Assembly (NCBI GenBank): GCA_041690395.1 | Contig: JAWLHJ010000004.1 | Location: 561,365-625,364, forward strand | Source: Longimicrobiales bacterium | GTDB lineage: Bacteria; Gemmatimonadota; Gemmatimonadetes; Longimicrobiales; Gaopeijiaceae | Length of the DNA stretch: 64,000 bases | Reading direction: 5' to 3' | Shown here: one piece after another, positions 19,442-28,200 of the stretch | Position numbering within the stretch: the stretch's first letter is position 1 | Layout of the letters: each line of letters begins with the position of its first letter | Notes under the pieces: generated by a model | What the model was told of the DNA's origin: nothing | Databases searched by the model: none | Seen by the model: only the letters and a program-made list of their open reading frames with translations | Program-made: the position numbers and the translations under genes

Positions 19442-20077
19442 TCAGGCGACATACAGCCCTCGCGCGCGAATCACGCGGGCCACGGCTTCCGGCACCTGGT
19501 CCCCCGGGTCACGCCCCTCCGCGACGCGTGCGCGCACCCCGGTCGACGAGACGTCGACGTCGGTGACGGGCACGAAGACCGTGGCCTGCTCCAATCCCTG
19601 CACCGCCTTCGCGACCTCCGGAGCGACGGTCCGGGGCGAGGCACCCGCGCGGTTCATGACCGCGAGCCGCGCCACCCGGACGATCCGCTCGGGCTCGCGC
19701 CAGCGGGGGAAGTCCTCGAACTGGTCGGCGCCGAGAACGAGGAAGATCTCGGCGTCGGGATGCTCGGAACGGATCGCCTCCAGCGTGTCGATCGTGTACG
19801 AAGGCCCCGGACGGTCGAGCTCGCGCGCATCGACTTCGAAACGGGGATCGAGCTCCGCGGCCCGTCGCACCATCTCGAGCCGGATCTCCGCGTCGGTGAC
19901 GGCTTCCTCACGCTTGAACGGCGAGACGCGCGCGGGCACCCACAGCACGCGGTCCAGATCGAGCCGGTCCGCGACATCGGTCGCGACGCGGACGTGGCCG
20001 CGGTGGGGCGGGTCGAAGGTGCCGCCGAAAACGCCGAGCCGCTCCGGGGGTGCGTTCCCATCCGGGCCGACGGCCAC
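19442..20077 (-). CDS. nadD: Nicotinate-nucleotide adenylyltransferase
   Basis: GGTFDPPHRGH, SYTIDTL, LGAD, VSST. Confidence 0.95.
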   Translation of the reverse strand: MAVGPDGNAPPERLGVFGGTFDPPHRGHVRVATDVADRLDLDRVLWVPARVSPFKREEAVTDAEIRLEMVRRAAELDPRFEVDARELDRPGPSYTIDTLEAIRSEHPDAEIFLVLGADQFEDFPRWREPERIVRVARLAVMNRAGASPRTVAPEVAKAVQGLEQATVFVPVTDVDVSSTGVRARVAEGRDPGDQVPEAVARVIRARGLYVA

Positions 20078-20080
20078 GGA

Positions 20081-20827
20081 TCAGCCCCTGTCGCCGCCCG
20101 TGCGCAGCTCCTCGGCCGCCGGGGACTCGGGGTAGCGCGCCAGGAGCTCCTCCCGCGCGTCTTCGGCGAGGTCGTCGTAACCGATCGCCGAGTTCGCCTT
20201 GTAGATGCCCAGGAGAGCTTGCGGGGCGACCGGAGTGTCCGGGTATCGCTGGATGACGAACTCGAAGTACTTGATGGCCGAGTCGTACATCTCCCTGCGC
20301 AGGTAGAAGTCGCCGTTCAGGTAATCCTTCTCGGCGAGGTTCTCCCGCATCGCGGACGCGAGGAGCGCGGCCTCGGCTGCCTGTGACGTGCCCTGGAAGT
20401 CGATGGCCGTGTTGCTGCACTCGGTCAGCGCCTGCTGGGTGTACGTCTGGTCGCGCTCGGGGCGGGGCGCCATCTCGGCGAGCGCCTGACAGCGGCCGAG
20501 GGCCGCATCGGGCGCCTCGGCATGGCCTGGATATCGATCGAGGAACCGACGGTACTCCGCGGCCGCCGTCAGGTAGTCCTCCTTCTCGTGGTACGTGTTC
20601 GCGAGGAGCATGCGGGCCTCGGGGAGTCGGTCCCAGTCACCGTAGCCCAGGATCAGCCGGTCGAGGGTCCGGATCGCGTTGTCGTGCTCCCCTTCCGCGA
20701 CCTCCTGCTGGGCGAGGCGGAAGAGCGCGTCGGCGTCCATCCCCTGATAGATGTCCCGACGGCCGCCGCACGCGGCCAGCGCGACGAGGACGAGGAGCAC
20801 GACGGAGCGAATCGATATGGCTTGCAT
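20081..20827 (-). CDS. bamD: Outer membrane assembly lipoprotein BamD
   Basis: Lipobox LAA-C, TPRs, RFLDRYPGH, ERDQT, LAEKDY. Confidence 0.9.
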   Translation of the reverse strand: MQAISIRSVVLLVLVALAACGGRRDIYQGMDADALFRLAQQEVAEGEHDNAIRTLDRLILGYGDWDRLPEARMLLANTYHEKEDYLTAAAEYRRFLDRYPGHAEAPDAALGRCQALAEMAPRPERDQTYTQQALTECSNTAIDFQGTSQAAEAALLASAMRENLAEKDYLNGDFYLRREMYDSAIKYFEFVIQRYPDTPVAPQALLGIYKANSAIGYDDLAEDAREELLARYPESPAAEELRTGGDRG

Positions 20828-20859
20828 GAGGCCTGCTTACAATGGGTCGGAGACCGGGC

Positions 20860-21825
20860 TCAACGGCACCGGCCTCCACGATAGGACTCGAGACCCCGCC
20901 CGAAGCGGATCTCGTCGAAGGCGGCCTGGGCCCGATCGATCAGCGCGCCGGCCTGATCCGCGTACCGCACCTGTGCGTACGCTTCCATGGCCTCCTCGCA
21001 TCGACCGAGATCGGCCAGTGTTTCTCCCTTCTCGAACCACGCGCGGGCCTGGATGTTCCGGGGCTCCCCGAGCTCCAGCGCGCGATCGAGCAGCGTGAGG
21101 GCCCGCTGCAGGTCCGGCTCGCGAGCCGTGGAACGGGCCAGCAGCTCGCGCGCCACGTTGAACGAGCACGTACCGATGTACCAGTCGACCTCGCCTCGCT
21201 CCCACGGGCGCACGAGCTCGCGGAAGCGCTCGAAGAAGACGATCGCATGCTCGCAGTCGCCGATCTCCTCGTACGCCTGGCCGACTTCGAACACGATGTC
21301 GGGCGTCGAGTCGCGCATCTCGGCCATGGCGATCTGGTAGAACGGGAGCGCCTGCCCGTACTCGCCGTTCTGGAAGTAGTGGCGGGCGAGCGGCAAGGCG
21401 ATGTCCCCGACCCCCACGGAGGGCTCGAGGTCGAGTGCGGCCTCCACGGCGGTGGCCATGGCGAAGCGGTCTCCGCTCAGCTCGGCCTCCCGCGCCATCC
21501 GCATGAGATCGGACAGCGCCTGGTCCGCCAGCTCGGCGTCGAGCGAGACGGCGGTCCGGTAGTTCTCCGCGGCGAGATCGACGCGCCCGAGCCGGGCGTA
21601 GGTATGAGCCACGCGTGCCTGGACCAGCGGATCGTCCGCGCCCTGGCGGACTGCGAGCCGGTACTCGGCGAGGGCGTCCTCGAGGCGGCCGACCGCGAAG
21701 GCGATGTCGCCGCGCTGGACGGCACTCTCCTCGTCGGCGGCCGAGCAGGCGGTCAAGCCGGTCACGACGGGGATCGCTACGATGGCGAGCGCCACGGCGG
21801 CCAAACGTCGGCGAATCCCGGTCAT
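20860..21825 (-). CDS. TPR lipoprotein
   Basis: Lipobox LTA-C; tandem TPR helices; ATGA overlap with the upstream TPR gene. Confidence 0.75.
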   Translation of the reverse strand: MTGIRRRLAAVALAIVAIPVVTGLTACSAADEESAVQRGDIAFAVGRLEDALAEYRLAVRQGADDPLVQARVAHTYARLGRVDLAAENYRTAVSLDAELADQALSDLMRMAREAELSGDRFAMATAVEAALDLEPSVGVGDIALPLARHYFQNGEYGQALPFYQIAMAEMRDSTPDIVFEVGQAYEEIGDCEHAIVFFERFRELVRPWERGEVDWYIGTCSFNVARELLARSTAREPDLQRALTLLDRALELGEPRNIQARAWFEKGETLADLGRCEEAMEAYAQVRYADQAGALIDRAQAAFDEIRFGRGLESYRGGRCR

Positions 21826-22556
21826 GTCACTTCCTCCTGGTCGAACGCTCGTACACCGACCGACGCCAGATACGCCCTCGCGCGCATGTCGGTCGGATCG
21901 TCGTCCATGCACCGCCTCCACTCGTGGATCGCCCGGTCGACGTCGCCCAGCTTCTGGAGCACCACCCCGAGGCGCACACGCGCGCCCACGAAGTTCGGTC
22001 GTGGCTCGAGGATCGCCTCGAGCTCGACCCGGGCTTCCTCGTGCTCGCCCAGCTCGATGAGCGCCTCGGCGTACTTGCTCCGGATGTCCATGAAGCGCGG
22101 CCGGATGTCGAGCGCCTTCCGGTAGTGCTCCATGGCTTCCTGGGGGCGGTCCGCCACGAGATACAGGTCACCCAGTTGGGCGTGCGTCACGGCGAGACGG
22201 TTGCCCACGTCCGACGGGAACGTCCGCGAATCCCGGTGATCGAGCTCGTCGGCGCGGGCGAAGGCCTCCTGCGCCTCTTCGTGGCGACCGAGCTCGTTGA
22301 GCACGATGCCCCTGTTGAGATGCGCCTCCGCGTAGGCCGGGTTCTCGACGAGCGCGGCGTCGAAGTGCTCGAGCGCCTCCTCGAAACGGGCGAGCATGGC
22401 GAGGCACAGCCCCGCCTTGTTGCGGACGTCGGCGAAGCGCGGGAACTCGTCGAGCACCTCGAGGAAGGTCTCGAGCGCCCCCTCGTAGTCCTCGCGCTCC
22501 CATGCGCTGATGCCGCGCGCGACCGCCTGCCGCGCCTGTCTCGCGTCACCCGTCAT
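21822..22556 (-). CDS. TPR protein
   Basis: Six or more TPRs (FADVRNKAG, YAEAHLNRG, FMDIRSKYA, FVGARVRLG). Confidence 0.8.
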   Translation of the reverse strand: MTGDARQARQAVARGISAWEREDYEGALETFLEVLDEFPRFADVRNKAGLCLAMLARFEEALEHFDAALVENPAYAEAHLNRGIVLNELGRHEEAQEAFARADELDHRDSRTFPSDVGNRLAVTHAQLGDLYLVADRPQEAMEHYRKALDIRPRFMDIRSKYAEALIELGEHEEARVELEAILEPRPNFVGARVRLGVVLQKLGDVDRAIHEWRRCMDDDPTDMRARAYLASVGVRAFDQEEVT

Positions 22557-22664
22557 ACCGCTCCCCGAATCCCTCCATGGATGGTCGTTCCGCATGATAA
22601 CCCGGCGGCCCTACGAGTTCCCCGCACCCGGGAGTTCCCTGGGTCCGGAAGTGCCCCGCGGCCA

Positions 22665-23624
22665 CTAGATCGTCCTCGCCCGCGCGTCGTGCAGCTTCAG
22701 CTGCTCGCGGAAGTAGGGGATCGTCCTGCGGATCCCGTCCCGGAGCTGCACCGTCGGTTCCCATCCGAGCACGTCACGTGCCACCGTGATGTCGGGCTCC
22801 CGCACCTTCGGATCGTCGGACGGAAGCGGGAGGCGGGTCAGCTTCGAGTCGCTGCCGGTCTCCTCGATGACGACCTCCGCGAGCTCGAGGATGGTGAACT
22901 CGTTAGGGTTGCCGATGTTCGTCGGGTCGGTCCGGTCGGAGTTGAAGAGCCGGAAGATCCCGTCGACCTCGTCCGACACGTAGCAGAACGAGCGGGTCTG
23001 GCTGCCGTCCCCGTAGATGGTGAGCGGCTCGCCGCGCAGCGCCTGCATGATGAAGTTGGACACCACCCGCCCGTCGCCGGGGCGCATGGCCGGACCGTAG
23101 GTGTTGAAGATCCGAACGATCCGGGTATCCACTCCGTGATACCGGTGATAGGCCATGGTGATGGCCTCGGCGAAGCGCTTCGCCTCGTCGTATACGCCCC
23201 GGAGCCCCACCGGGTTCACGTTCCCCCAGTAGCTCTCGGTCTGCGGGTGCACGAGGGGATCCCCGTAGACCTCCGACGTGGACGCGAGGAGAAAGCGCGC
23301 CTTCTTCGCCAGGGCGATCCCGAGCGCGTTGTGCGTGCCCAGGCTCCCGACCTTCAGGGTCTGGATGGGCATCTCCAGGTAGTCGACGGGGCTCGCGGGC
23401 GACGCGAAATGCAGGATCCCGTCGATCTCCTCGTCGAGATAGAGCGGCTTCGAGATGTCGTGCTCGAGGAGCGTGAAGCCGTCGTGCTTCTGGAGGCGCT
23501 CCGCGTTCTCGTGCGAGCCGGTCACGAAGTTGTCGACGCCGAGGACCTGGTGCCCTTCGGCGAGGAAACGCTCGGAGAGGTGCGAGCCGAGGAAGCCGGC
23601 GGCGCCGGTCAGGAGGATGCGCAT
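22665..23624 (-). CDS. uxs: UDP-glucuronate decarboxylase (UDP-xylose synthase)
   Basis: [46 protein letters not shown]. Confidence 0.92.
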   Translation of the reverse strand: MRILLTGAAGFLGSHLSERFLAEGHQVLGVDNFVTGSHENAERLQKHDGFTLLEHDISKPLYLDEEIDGILHFASPASPVDYLEMPIQTLKVGSLGTHNALGIALAKKARFLLASTSEVYGDPLVHPQTESYWGNVNPVGLRGVYDEAKRFAEAITMAYHRYHGVDTRIVRIFNTYGPAMRPGDGRVVSNFIMQALRGEPLTIYGDGSQTRSFCYVSDEVDGIFRLFNSDRTDPTNIGNPNEFTILELAEVVIEETGSDSKLTRLPLPSDDPKVREPDITVARDVLGWEPTVQLRDGIRRTIPYFREQLKLHDARARTI

Positions 23625-23627
23625 GGG

Positions 23628-24971
23628 CTAGGCCTCGCGCCCGGCGGCGGCGGCAGCCGGCACCGCCGTCTTCCGGCCGATGCTGTAGTACTCGAAGCCG
23701 GCCGCGGCCATGCCGGCCGGATCGTAGAGGTTCCGGCCGTCGAAGACGAACGGCTGCGCCATCGCCTTTCTCATGCGCTCGAAGTCGGGGCGGCGGTACG
23801 GGTGCCACTCGGTGTGGATGACCAGCGCGTCGGCGCCGTCGAGGGCATCGTAGTTGACGTCGACGTAGTCGATGCTGTCGCCGAAGTGATGCTTCCGGGC
23901 CTCGTCGATCGCGACCGGGTCATGGGCGATGACCTTCGCGCCGGCGTCGAGCAGGCCGCGGATGGTCACGAGGGCCGGCGCTTCCCGCATGTCGTCGGTG
24001 TTCGGCTTGAACGCCAGCCCCCACACCGCCACGGTCCGGCCCGACAGGTCGGGACCGAGGCGCTCGAGGAGTCGCTCGAGCATGGTCTTCTTCTGGCGCT
24101 CGTTCAGGTCGTCGACCGCCTGCAGGATGGAGGCGTCCGCACCCAGCTCGCCCATCGTGCGGACGAGCGCCTTCACGTCCTTCGGGAAGCACGAGCCGCC
24201 GTAGCCGATCCCCGGGAAGAGAAAGCTCGGGCCGATGCGGCCGTCCGTGCCCACGCCCTGGCGGACCATGTCGACGTCGGCGCCGGTGCGCTCGCAGAGC
24301 TGCGCGATGGCGTTCATGAAGCTGATGCGGGTCGCCAGCATGGCGTTCGCGGCGTACTTCGTGATCTCCGCGGAGGGCACGTCCATGATGAGGACCTGGT
24401 GGCCCTGGCGGACGAACGGGCTGTAGAGGTGTCGCAGCGTATTCGCCGCCTTCTCCGAATCGACGCCGAGCACGACCCGGTCGGGCTTCATGAAGTCCTC
24501 GATCGCCGCCCCTTCCTTGAGGAACTCGGGGTTCGAACAGACGTGCACCGGGATGTCCGTCTCGCCCTCGATCGCCTCGCGGACCAGCCTGGCCGTGCCG
24601 ACCGGCACCGTGCTCTTGGTGATCACGATCTTCTCGGCCTGCATGGTCTGGCCGATGGTGCGGGCGACCGCCAGCACGTACTGGAGATCGGCCGATCCGT
24701 CCTCGCCCGGAGGCGTGCCCACCGCGATGAAGATCACGTCGGAGCGACGGACCGCGTCGGGCACGTCGGTCGTGAAGCTCAACCGGCCCGCCTCGAGGTT
24801 GCTCTCGATGAGCGGCTCGAGCCCAGGCTCGTAGATCGGCACGCCGCCACTGTTCAGCAGATCGATCTTCTTCTGATCGATGTCCGCGCAGATGACGTCG
24901 TTGCCGGACTCGGCGAAGCACGCCCCGGCGACCAGTCCCACGTATCCCGTTCCGATGACCGCGATTTTCAT
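23628..24971 (-). CDS. ugd: UDP-glucose 6-dehydrogenase
   Basis: [40 protein letters not shown]. Confidence 0.95.
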   Translation of the reverse strand: MKIAVIGTGYVGLVAGACFAESGNDVICADIDQKKIDLLNSGGVPIYEPGLEPLIESNLEAGRLSFTTDVPDAVRRSDVIFIAVGTPPGEDGSADLQYVLAVARTIGQTMQAEKIVITKSTVPVGTARLVREAIEGETDIPVHVCSNPEFLKEGAAIEDFMKPDRVVLGVDSEKAANTLRHLYSPFVRQGHQVLIMDVPSAEITKYAANAMLATRISFMNAIAQLCERTGADVDMVRQGVGTDGRIGPSFLFPGIGYGGSCFPKDVKALVRTMGELGADASILQAVDDLNERQKKTMLERLLERLGPDLSGRTVAVWGLAFKPNTDDMREAPALVTIRGLLDAGAKVIAHDPVAIDEARKHHFGDSIDYVDVNYDALDGADALVIHTEWHPYRRPDFERMRKAMAQPFVFDGRNLYDPAGMAAAGFEYYSIGRKTAVPAAAAAGREA

Positions 24972-25407
24972 GATGGCGTCGTCGTTCCCCGTCCGTTGGC
25001 TCGGCGGCGTCCCCCCACGGGACCCCGCGGATCGCAAGCCCTTAAGGTAGCCCGGATCGGAGGGAAGGGAGAGGGGGCGCGCATCCGTCCCATCCAGACA
25101 TTGACAGGATTTCCAGGGTCGCGGTGGGGGTGACCGAGCACCCTCGCCTCGAGCCGCCCTCTCGCGCTCGGATGTCGCCCCAGGAGCGACATCGCGGCCC
25201 TCCGGTTCCGGAGTTGATCTCCACAGGCGCGTTCGTGCCGCGTCGGCCGACTCAGAAGGCCGCCAAACCGGCCTTTATATTGGAAGCAAGTCACTGCGCG
25301 CCCACGACTTGAGTGGGATGGGACCCAGGTTTCGCGGCCAATCTGGCGATCGCCCGGACGCTACTTCGAGGATGGCCGCTACTACGAGGAGGAGGAGGAT
25401 GGGGAGG

Positions 25408-26850
25408 ATGATGACGACGATGGCGAGTGACGCGCGCCTGACCCGCCTCGACCGGGTCGCCGAGCTATACGCCGGAATCACCGCTGCCACGCGGGTCTTC
25501 CTGGCGGCACTCGCCGAGTGCGACCGGCTCGGTGACTGGTCCGAGGAAGGGTTCACGTCATGCGCCGAGTGGCTCAGTTGGCGCCTCGGGATCACCCGGA
25601 ACACCGCCAACGAGAAGGTCCGCGTCGCCCATGCCCTCGAGCGGCTACCCGAGATCGCCGGCGCCATGGAGCGGGGCGAGCTCTCGTTCAGCAAGGTCCG
25701 GGCGCTCACGCGCGTGGCCACGCCCGACAACGAGCGCGAGCTGCTGCCGTATGCCCTCTCGGTGTCGGCGGCCGGGCTCGAGCGCTTCGTCCGGAGCTGG
25801 CGGGAGATCGATGGGGAGGATCCCTCCGCTCGGGAACGGAGACTCCATGCGCGCCGGACATTCTCGGTGTTTCCGGGCGAGGACGGGCTGTACGTCCTTC
25901 GCGGTCGGCTCACCCCGGAGGTCGCCGCCGTGCTGATGCGGGCGGTCGAAGCGGCCAGCGACGCGTTGTACCGCGAGGCCCGCCCAGTCCGCGAGCTCGA
26001 CCCGAACGCCCGGTTCGACCTCGACGACGAAGCAGACCGCCGCGCCGCCGCGCAGCGCCGTGCCGACGCGCTCGGGCTGATCGCGGAGCGCGCGCTGGCG
26101 GCCGGATTCGGGGACGACCGCGCGCCGGTGAGCGGGTCCAGGGCCGAGCGGTATCAGGTCGTGCTGCATGTGGGGGCGGACGGCGACGCGAAGCCCCGCG
26201 GCGCGGCGCCCCTCGACGACGGCGCGGCGCCCCTCGACCGCGGCGCGATCCTCGACGACGGCACGTCAGTTACCGCGGTAACTGCTCGGAGGCTCGCCTG
26301 TGACGCCGCACGGGTCGACGTGACACACGCCGCGGACGGCCAGGTCCTGGACGTCGGGCGCCGCACCCGCACGGTCCCCCCTTCGATCCGACGCGCACTC
26401 GAGGCCCGTGATGGCGGATGCCGCTTCCCCGGTTGCGGATCGCGCTTCACCGACGCCCATCACGTCGTGCACTGGGCGGAGGGCGGAGAAACGAGTCTGG
26501 GGAACCTCGTTCTACTCTGTCGAAGGCATCATCGGAGCGTGCACGAGGGAGGTGTCACGGTCGCCATCGACCGTCACCAGCGCATCGTGTTCTTCACTCC
26601 GGATGGGCGGGCGATGGCGGCGTGCGGAACGATGAAGGCCCGCGCGAGGGGGACGGCAGAAGCGAGGGGGATGGCAGAAGTGAGGGGGAAGGCAGAAGCG
26701 GGCGGGACGGCAGAGGCGAGAGTGGCCGCAGGGACGGGAGCGACCGGAGGGGACTGGCACACCTCACGCCCCTACAAGAGCGACGCGCTCGTTCCCTGGC
26801 GACTCGAGGCAGCCGCGTGGGAGGCCCTCGACCCGCCGGACGCGGCGTAA
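25408..26850 (+). CDS. DUF222 (13E12-repeat family) domain plus HNH endonuclease
   Basis: SCAEWLSWRLG, GELSFSKVRALTRVA, RRLACDA, LDVGRRTR, RDGGCRFPGC..DAHHVVHWAEGGET.LGNLVLLCRRHHRSVHEGG. Start uncertain (ATGs at 25399-25420). Lies opposite to its nucleotide-sugar neighbours. Confidence 0.9.
   Translation: MMTTMASDARLTRLDRVAELYAGITAATRVFLAALAECDRLGDWSEEGFTSCAEWLSWRLGITRNTANEKVRVAHALERLPEIAGAMERGELSFSKVRALTRVATPDNERELLPYALSVSAAGLERFVRSWREIDGEDPSARERRLHARRTFSVFPGEDGLYVLRGRLTPEVAAVLMRAVEAASDALYREARPVRELDPNARFDLDDEADRRAAAQRRADALGLIAERALAAGFGDDRAPVSGSRAERYQVVLHVGADGDAKPRGAAPLDDGAAPLDRGAILDDGTSVTAVTARRLACDAARVDVTHAADGQVLDVGRRTRTVPPSIRRALEARDGGCRFPGCGSRFTDAHHVVHWAEGGETSLGNLVLLCRRHHRSVHEGGVTVAIDRHQRIVFFTPDGRAMAACGTMKARARGTAEARGMAEVRGKAEAGGTAEARVAAGTGATGGDWHTSRPYKSDALVPWRLEAAAWEALDPPDAA
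26267..26284. repeat. Perfect 18-bp palindrome CAGTTACCGCGGTAACTG inside the HNH gene; related copy at 3781-3805
   Basis: Read directly from the sequence at both loci. Confidence 0.95.
26644..26733 (+). repeat. Degenerate 18-bp tandem repeat, about 5 copies (gcgagggggacggcagaa), in the HNH gene 3' end
   Basis: Units at 26644, 26662, 26680, 26698, 26716. Confidence 0.9.
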
Positions 26851-26852
26851 GC

Positions 26853-26932
26853 CGGGCGTAGCCGCGGCGCGAGCGGGGCGTGGCCGCGGCGCGAACGGGG
26901 CGTGGCCGCAGCGCGAACGGGGCGCAGTCGCG
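26853..26932 (+). repeat. 22-bp tandem repeat, about 3.5 copies (ggggcgtggccgcggcgcgaac), directly after the HNH stop
   Basis: Units at 26853, 26875, 26897 and a partial unit at 26919. Confidence 0.9.
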
Positions 26933-26934
26933 CC

Positions 26935-28047
26935 CTATCCGTAGAACGCCCGCACCACCTCGCACACCCTCGCGACCCGCTCCTCCCCGAGCTCGGGGAA
27001 GATCGGCAGCGAGAGCACCTCCCCGCACAACGTCTCGGTGACGGGCAGGTCCCCGGCCCGGCCGCCGAGCGACGCGAAACACTCCTGGAGGTGGAGCGGC
27101 TCGGGATAGTAGACGCCACTGCCGACCCCGCGGTCCGTCAGGTACCGGCGCAGCTCGTCGCGCCGGCGCACGCGGATGGTGAATTGGTTGTAGACATGCC
27201 TGGAGCCCGGCCCGCCGTCCCCCGGGAGCAGGACCTCCGCCACGTCCTCCAGCCCCTCCCGATACAGGTCCGCGTTCCGCGCCCGCGCCTCAGCCCACCC
27301 GTCCAGATGCCGCAGCTTGACCCGCAGCACGGCGGCCTGGAGCGCGTCGAGCCGCGAGTTGGTGCCCACCAACTCGTGATGGTACATCTGCCGGCCCCCG
27401 TGCACGCGGAGCTTGCCGACCCGCTCGGCCAGAGCGGCGTCGTTCGTCGTGACCAGCCCGCCATCCCCGAAGCCCCCGAGGTTCTTCGTCGGGAAGAAGC
27501 TGAACGCCCCCGCGTCGCCGACCGAGCCCGCCGCGCCCTCGGGCCCGCTGGCGCCGATCGCCTGGGCCGCGTCCTCGAGCACGAACACCCCGCGCGTCGT
27601 CGCCAACTCCATGATGTCACCCATGGGCGCCGTCCGCCCGAACAGATGCACGGGCACGACCGCCACCGTCCGCTCCGACCAGACCGCCTCGAGCGTGGCC
27701 GCGCTCACGTTGAACGTCTCCGGATCGACGTCGCAGAAGACCGGCCGCAGCCCCGCGTTCCACACCGCGCCCGCGGTCGCGAAGAAGGTGAACGACGGCA
27801 CGATCACCTCCGAGCCCGGCTCCGCGTCGATCGCCTGAAGGGGGAGAAGCAGCGCATCCGTCCCGGACGCCACCCCGACAGCGTGACGCACCCCGATGTA
27901 CCGCGCGATCTCTTCCTCGAACGCCTCCACCTCCGGACCGAGCACGAAGCCCTGACTCTCGACGACGCGCGCGACGGCGCGATCGAGCTCTTCACGAATC
28001 GATGCGTACTGAGCCTTCAAGTCGAGGAGCGGGATCTGCTGCGACAC
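26935..28047 (-). CDS. DegT/DnrJ/EryC1/StrS PLP-dependent sugar aminotransferase
   Basis: IPLLDLKAQY, SGTDAL, VHLFG, EDAAQAIG, SFFPTKNLGGFGDGG, NSRLDALQAA; GTG start at 28047. Confidence 0.93.
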   Translation of the reverse strand: MSQQIPLLDLKAQYASIREELDRAVARVVESQGFVLGPEVEAFEEEIARYIGVRHAVGVASGTDALLLPLQAIDAEPGSEVIVPSFTFFATAGAVWNAGLRPVFCDVDPETFNVSAATLEAVWSERTVAVVPVHLFGRTAPMGDIMELATTRGVFVLEDAAQAIGASGPEGAAGSVGDAGAFSFFPTKNLGGFGDGGLVTTNDAALAERVGKLRVHGGRQMYHHELVGTNSRLDALQAAVLRVKLRHLDGWAEARARNADLYREGLEDVAEVLLPGDGGPGSRHVYNQFTIRVRRRDELRRYLTDRGVGSGVYYPEPLHLQECFASLGGRAGDLPVTETLCGEVLSLPIFPELGEERVARVCEVVRAFYG

Positions 28048-28200
28048 GTCGGAATCCAATCTGCGGTGAACGATGAGCTCGGCGAATGCCTGTCCGGGAC
28101 GGCCCGATATCCAAACGGGCCCCGTCACTCCAAAGGTACCGGACCCGCCCATCGCGGCCTACCTTGGAGCACCCTCCCTTCCCCCCAGACCCCGCGCTCC

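Noticed and set aside
21615..25133. Very long plus-strand ORFs (1172 aa here; also 700-3387, 30010-31767, 49361-52363)
   Set aside because: They are antisense shadows of well-supported minus-strand genes. High-GC codon bias removes stops, and no family motifs are present.
26853..26932. CRISPR interpretation of the 22-bp repeats
   Set aside because: The units are head-to-tail with no spacers.
26902..28200. Apparent 936-aa fusion ending in ManC
   Set aside because: The first 433 codons are antisense to the DegT gene; ManC motifs start at ATG 28201.
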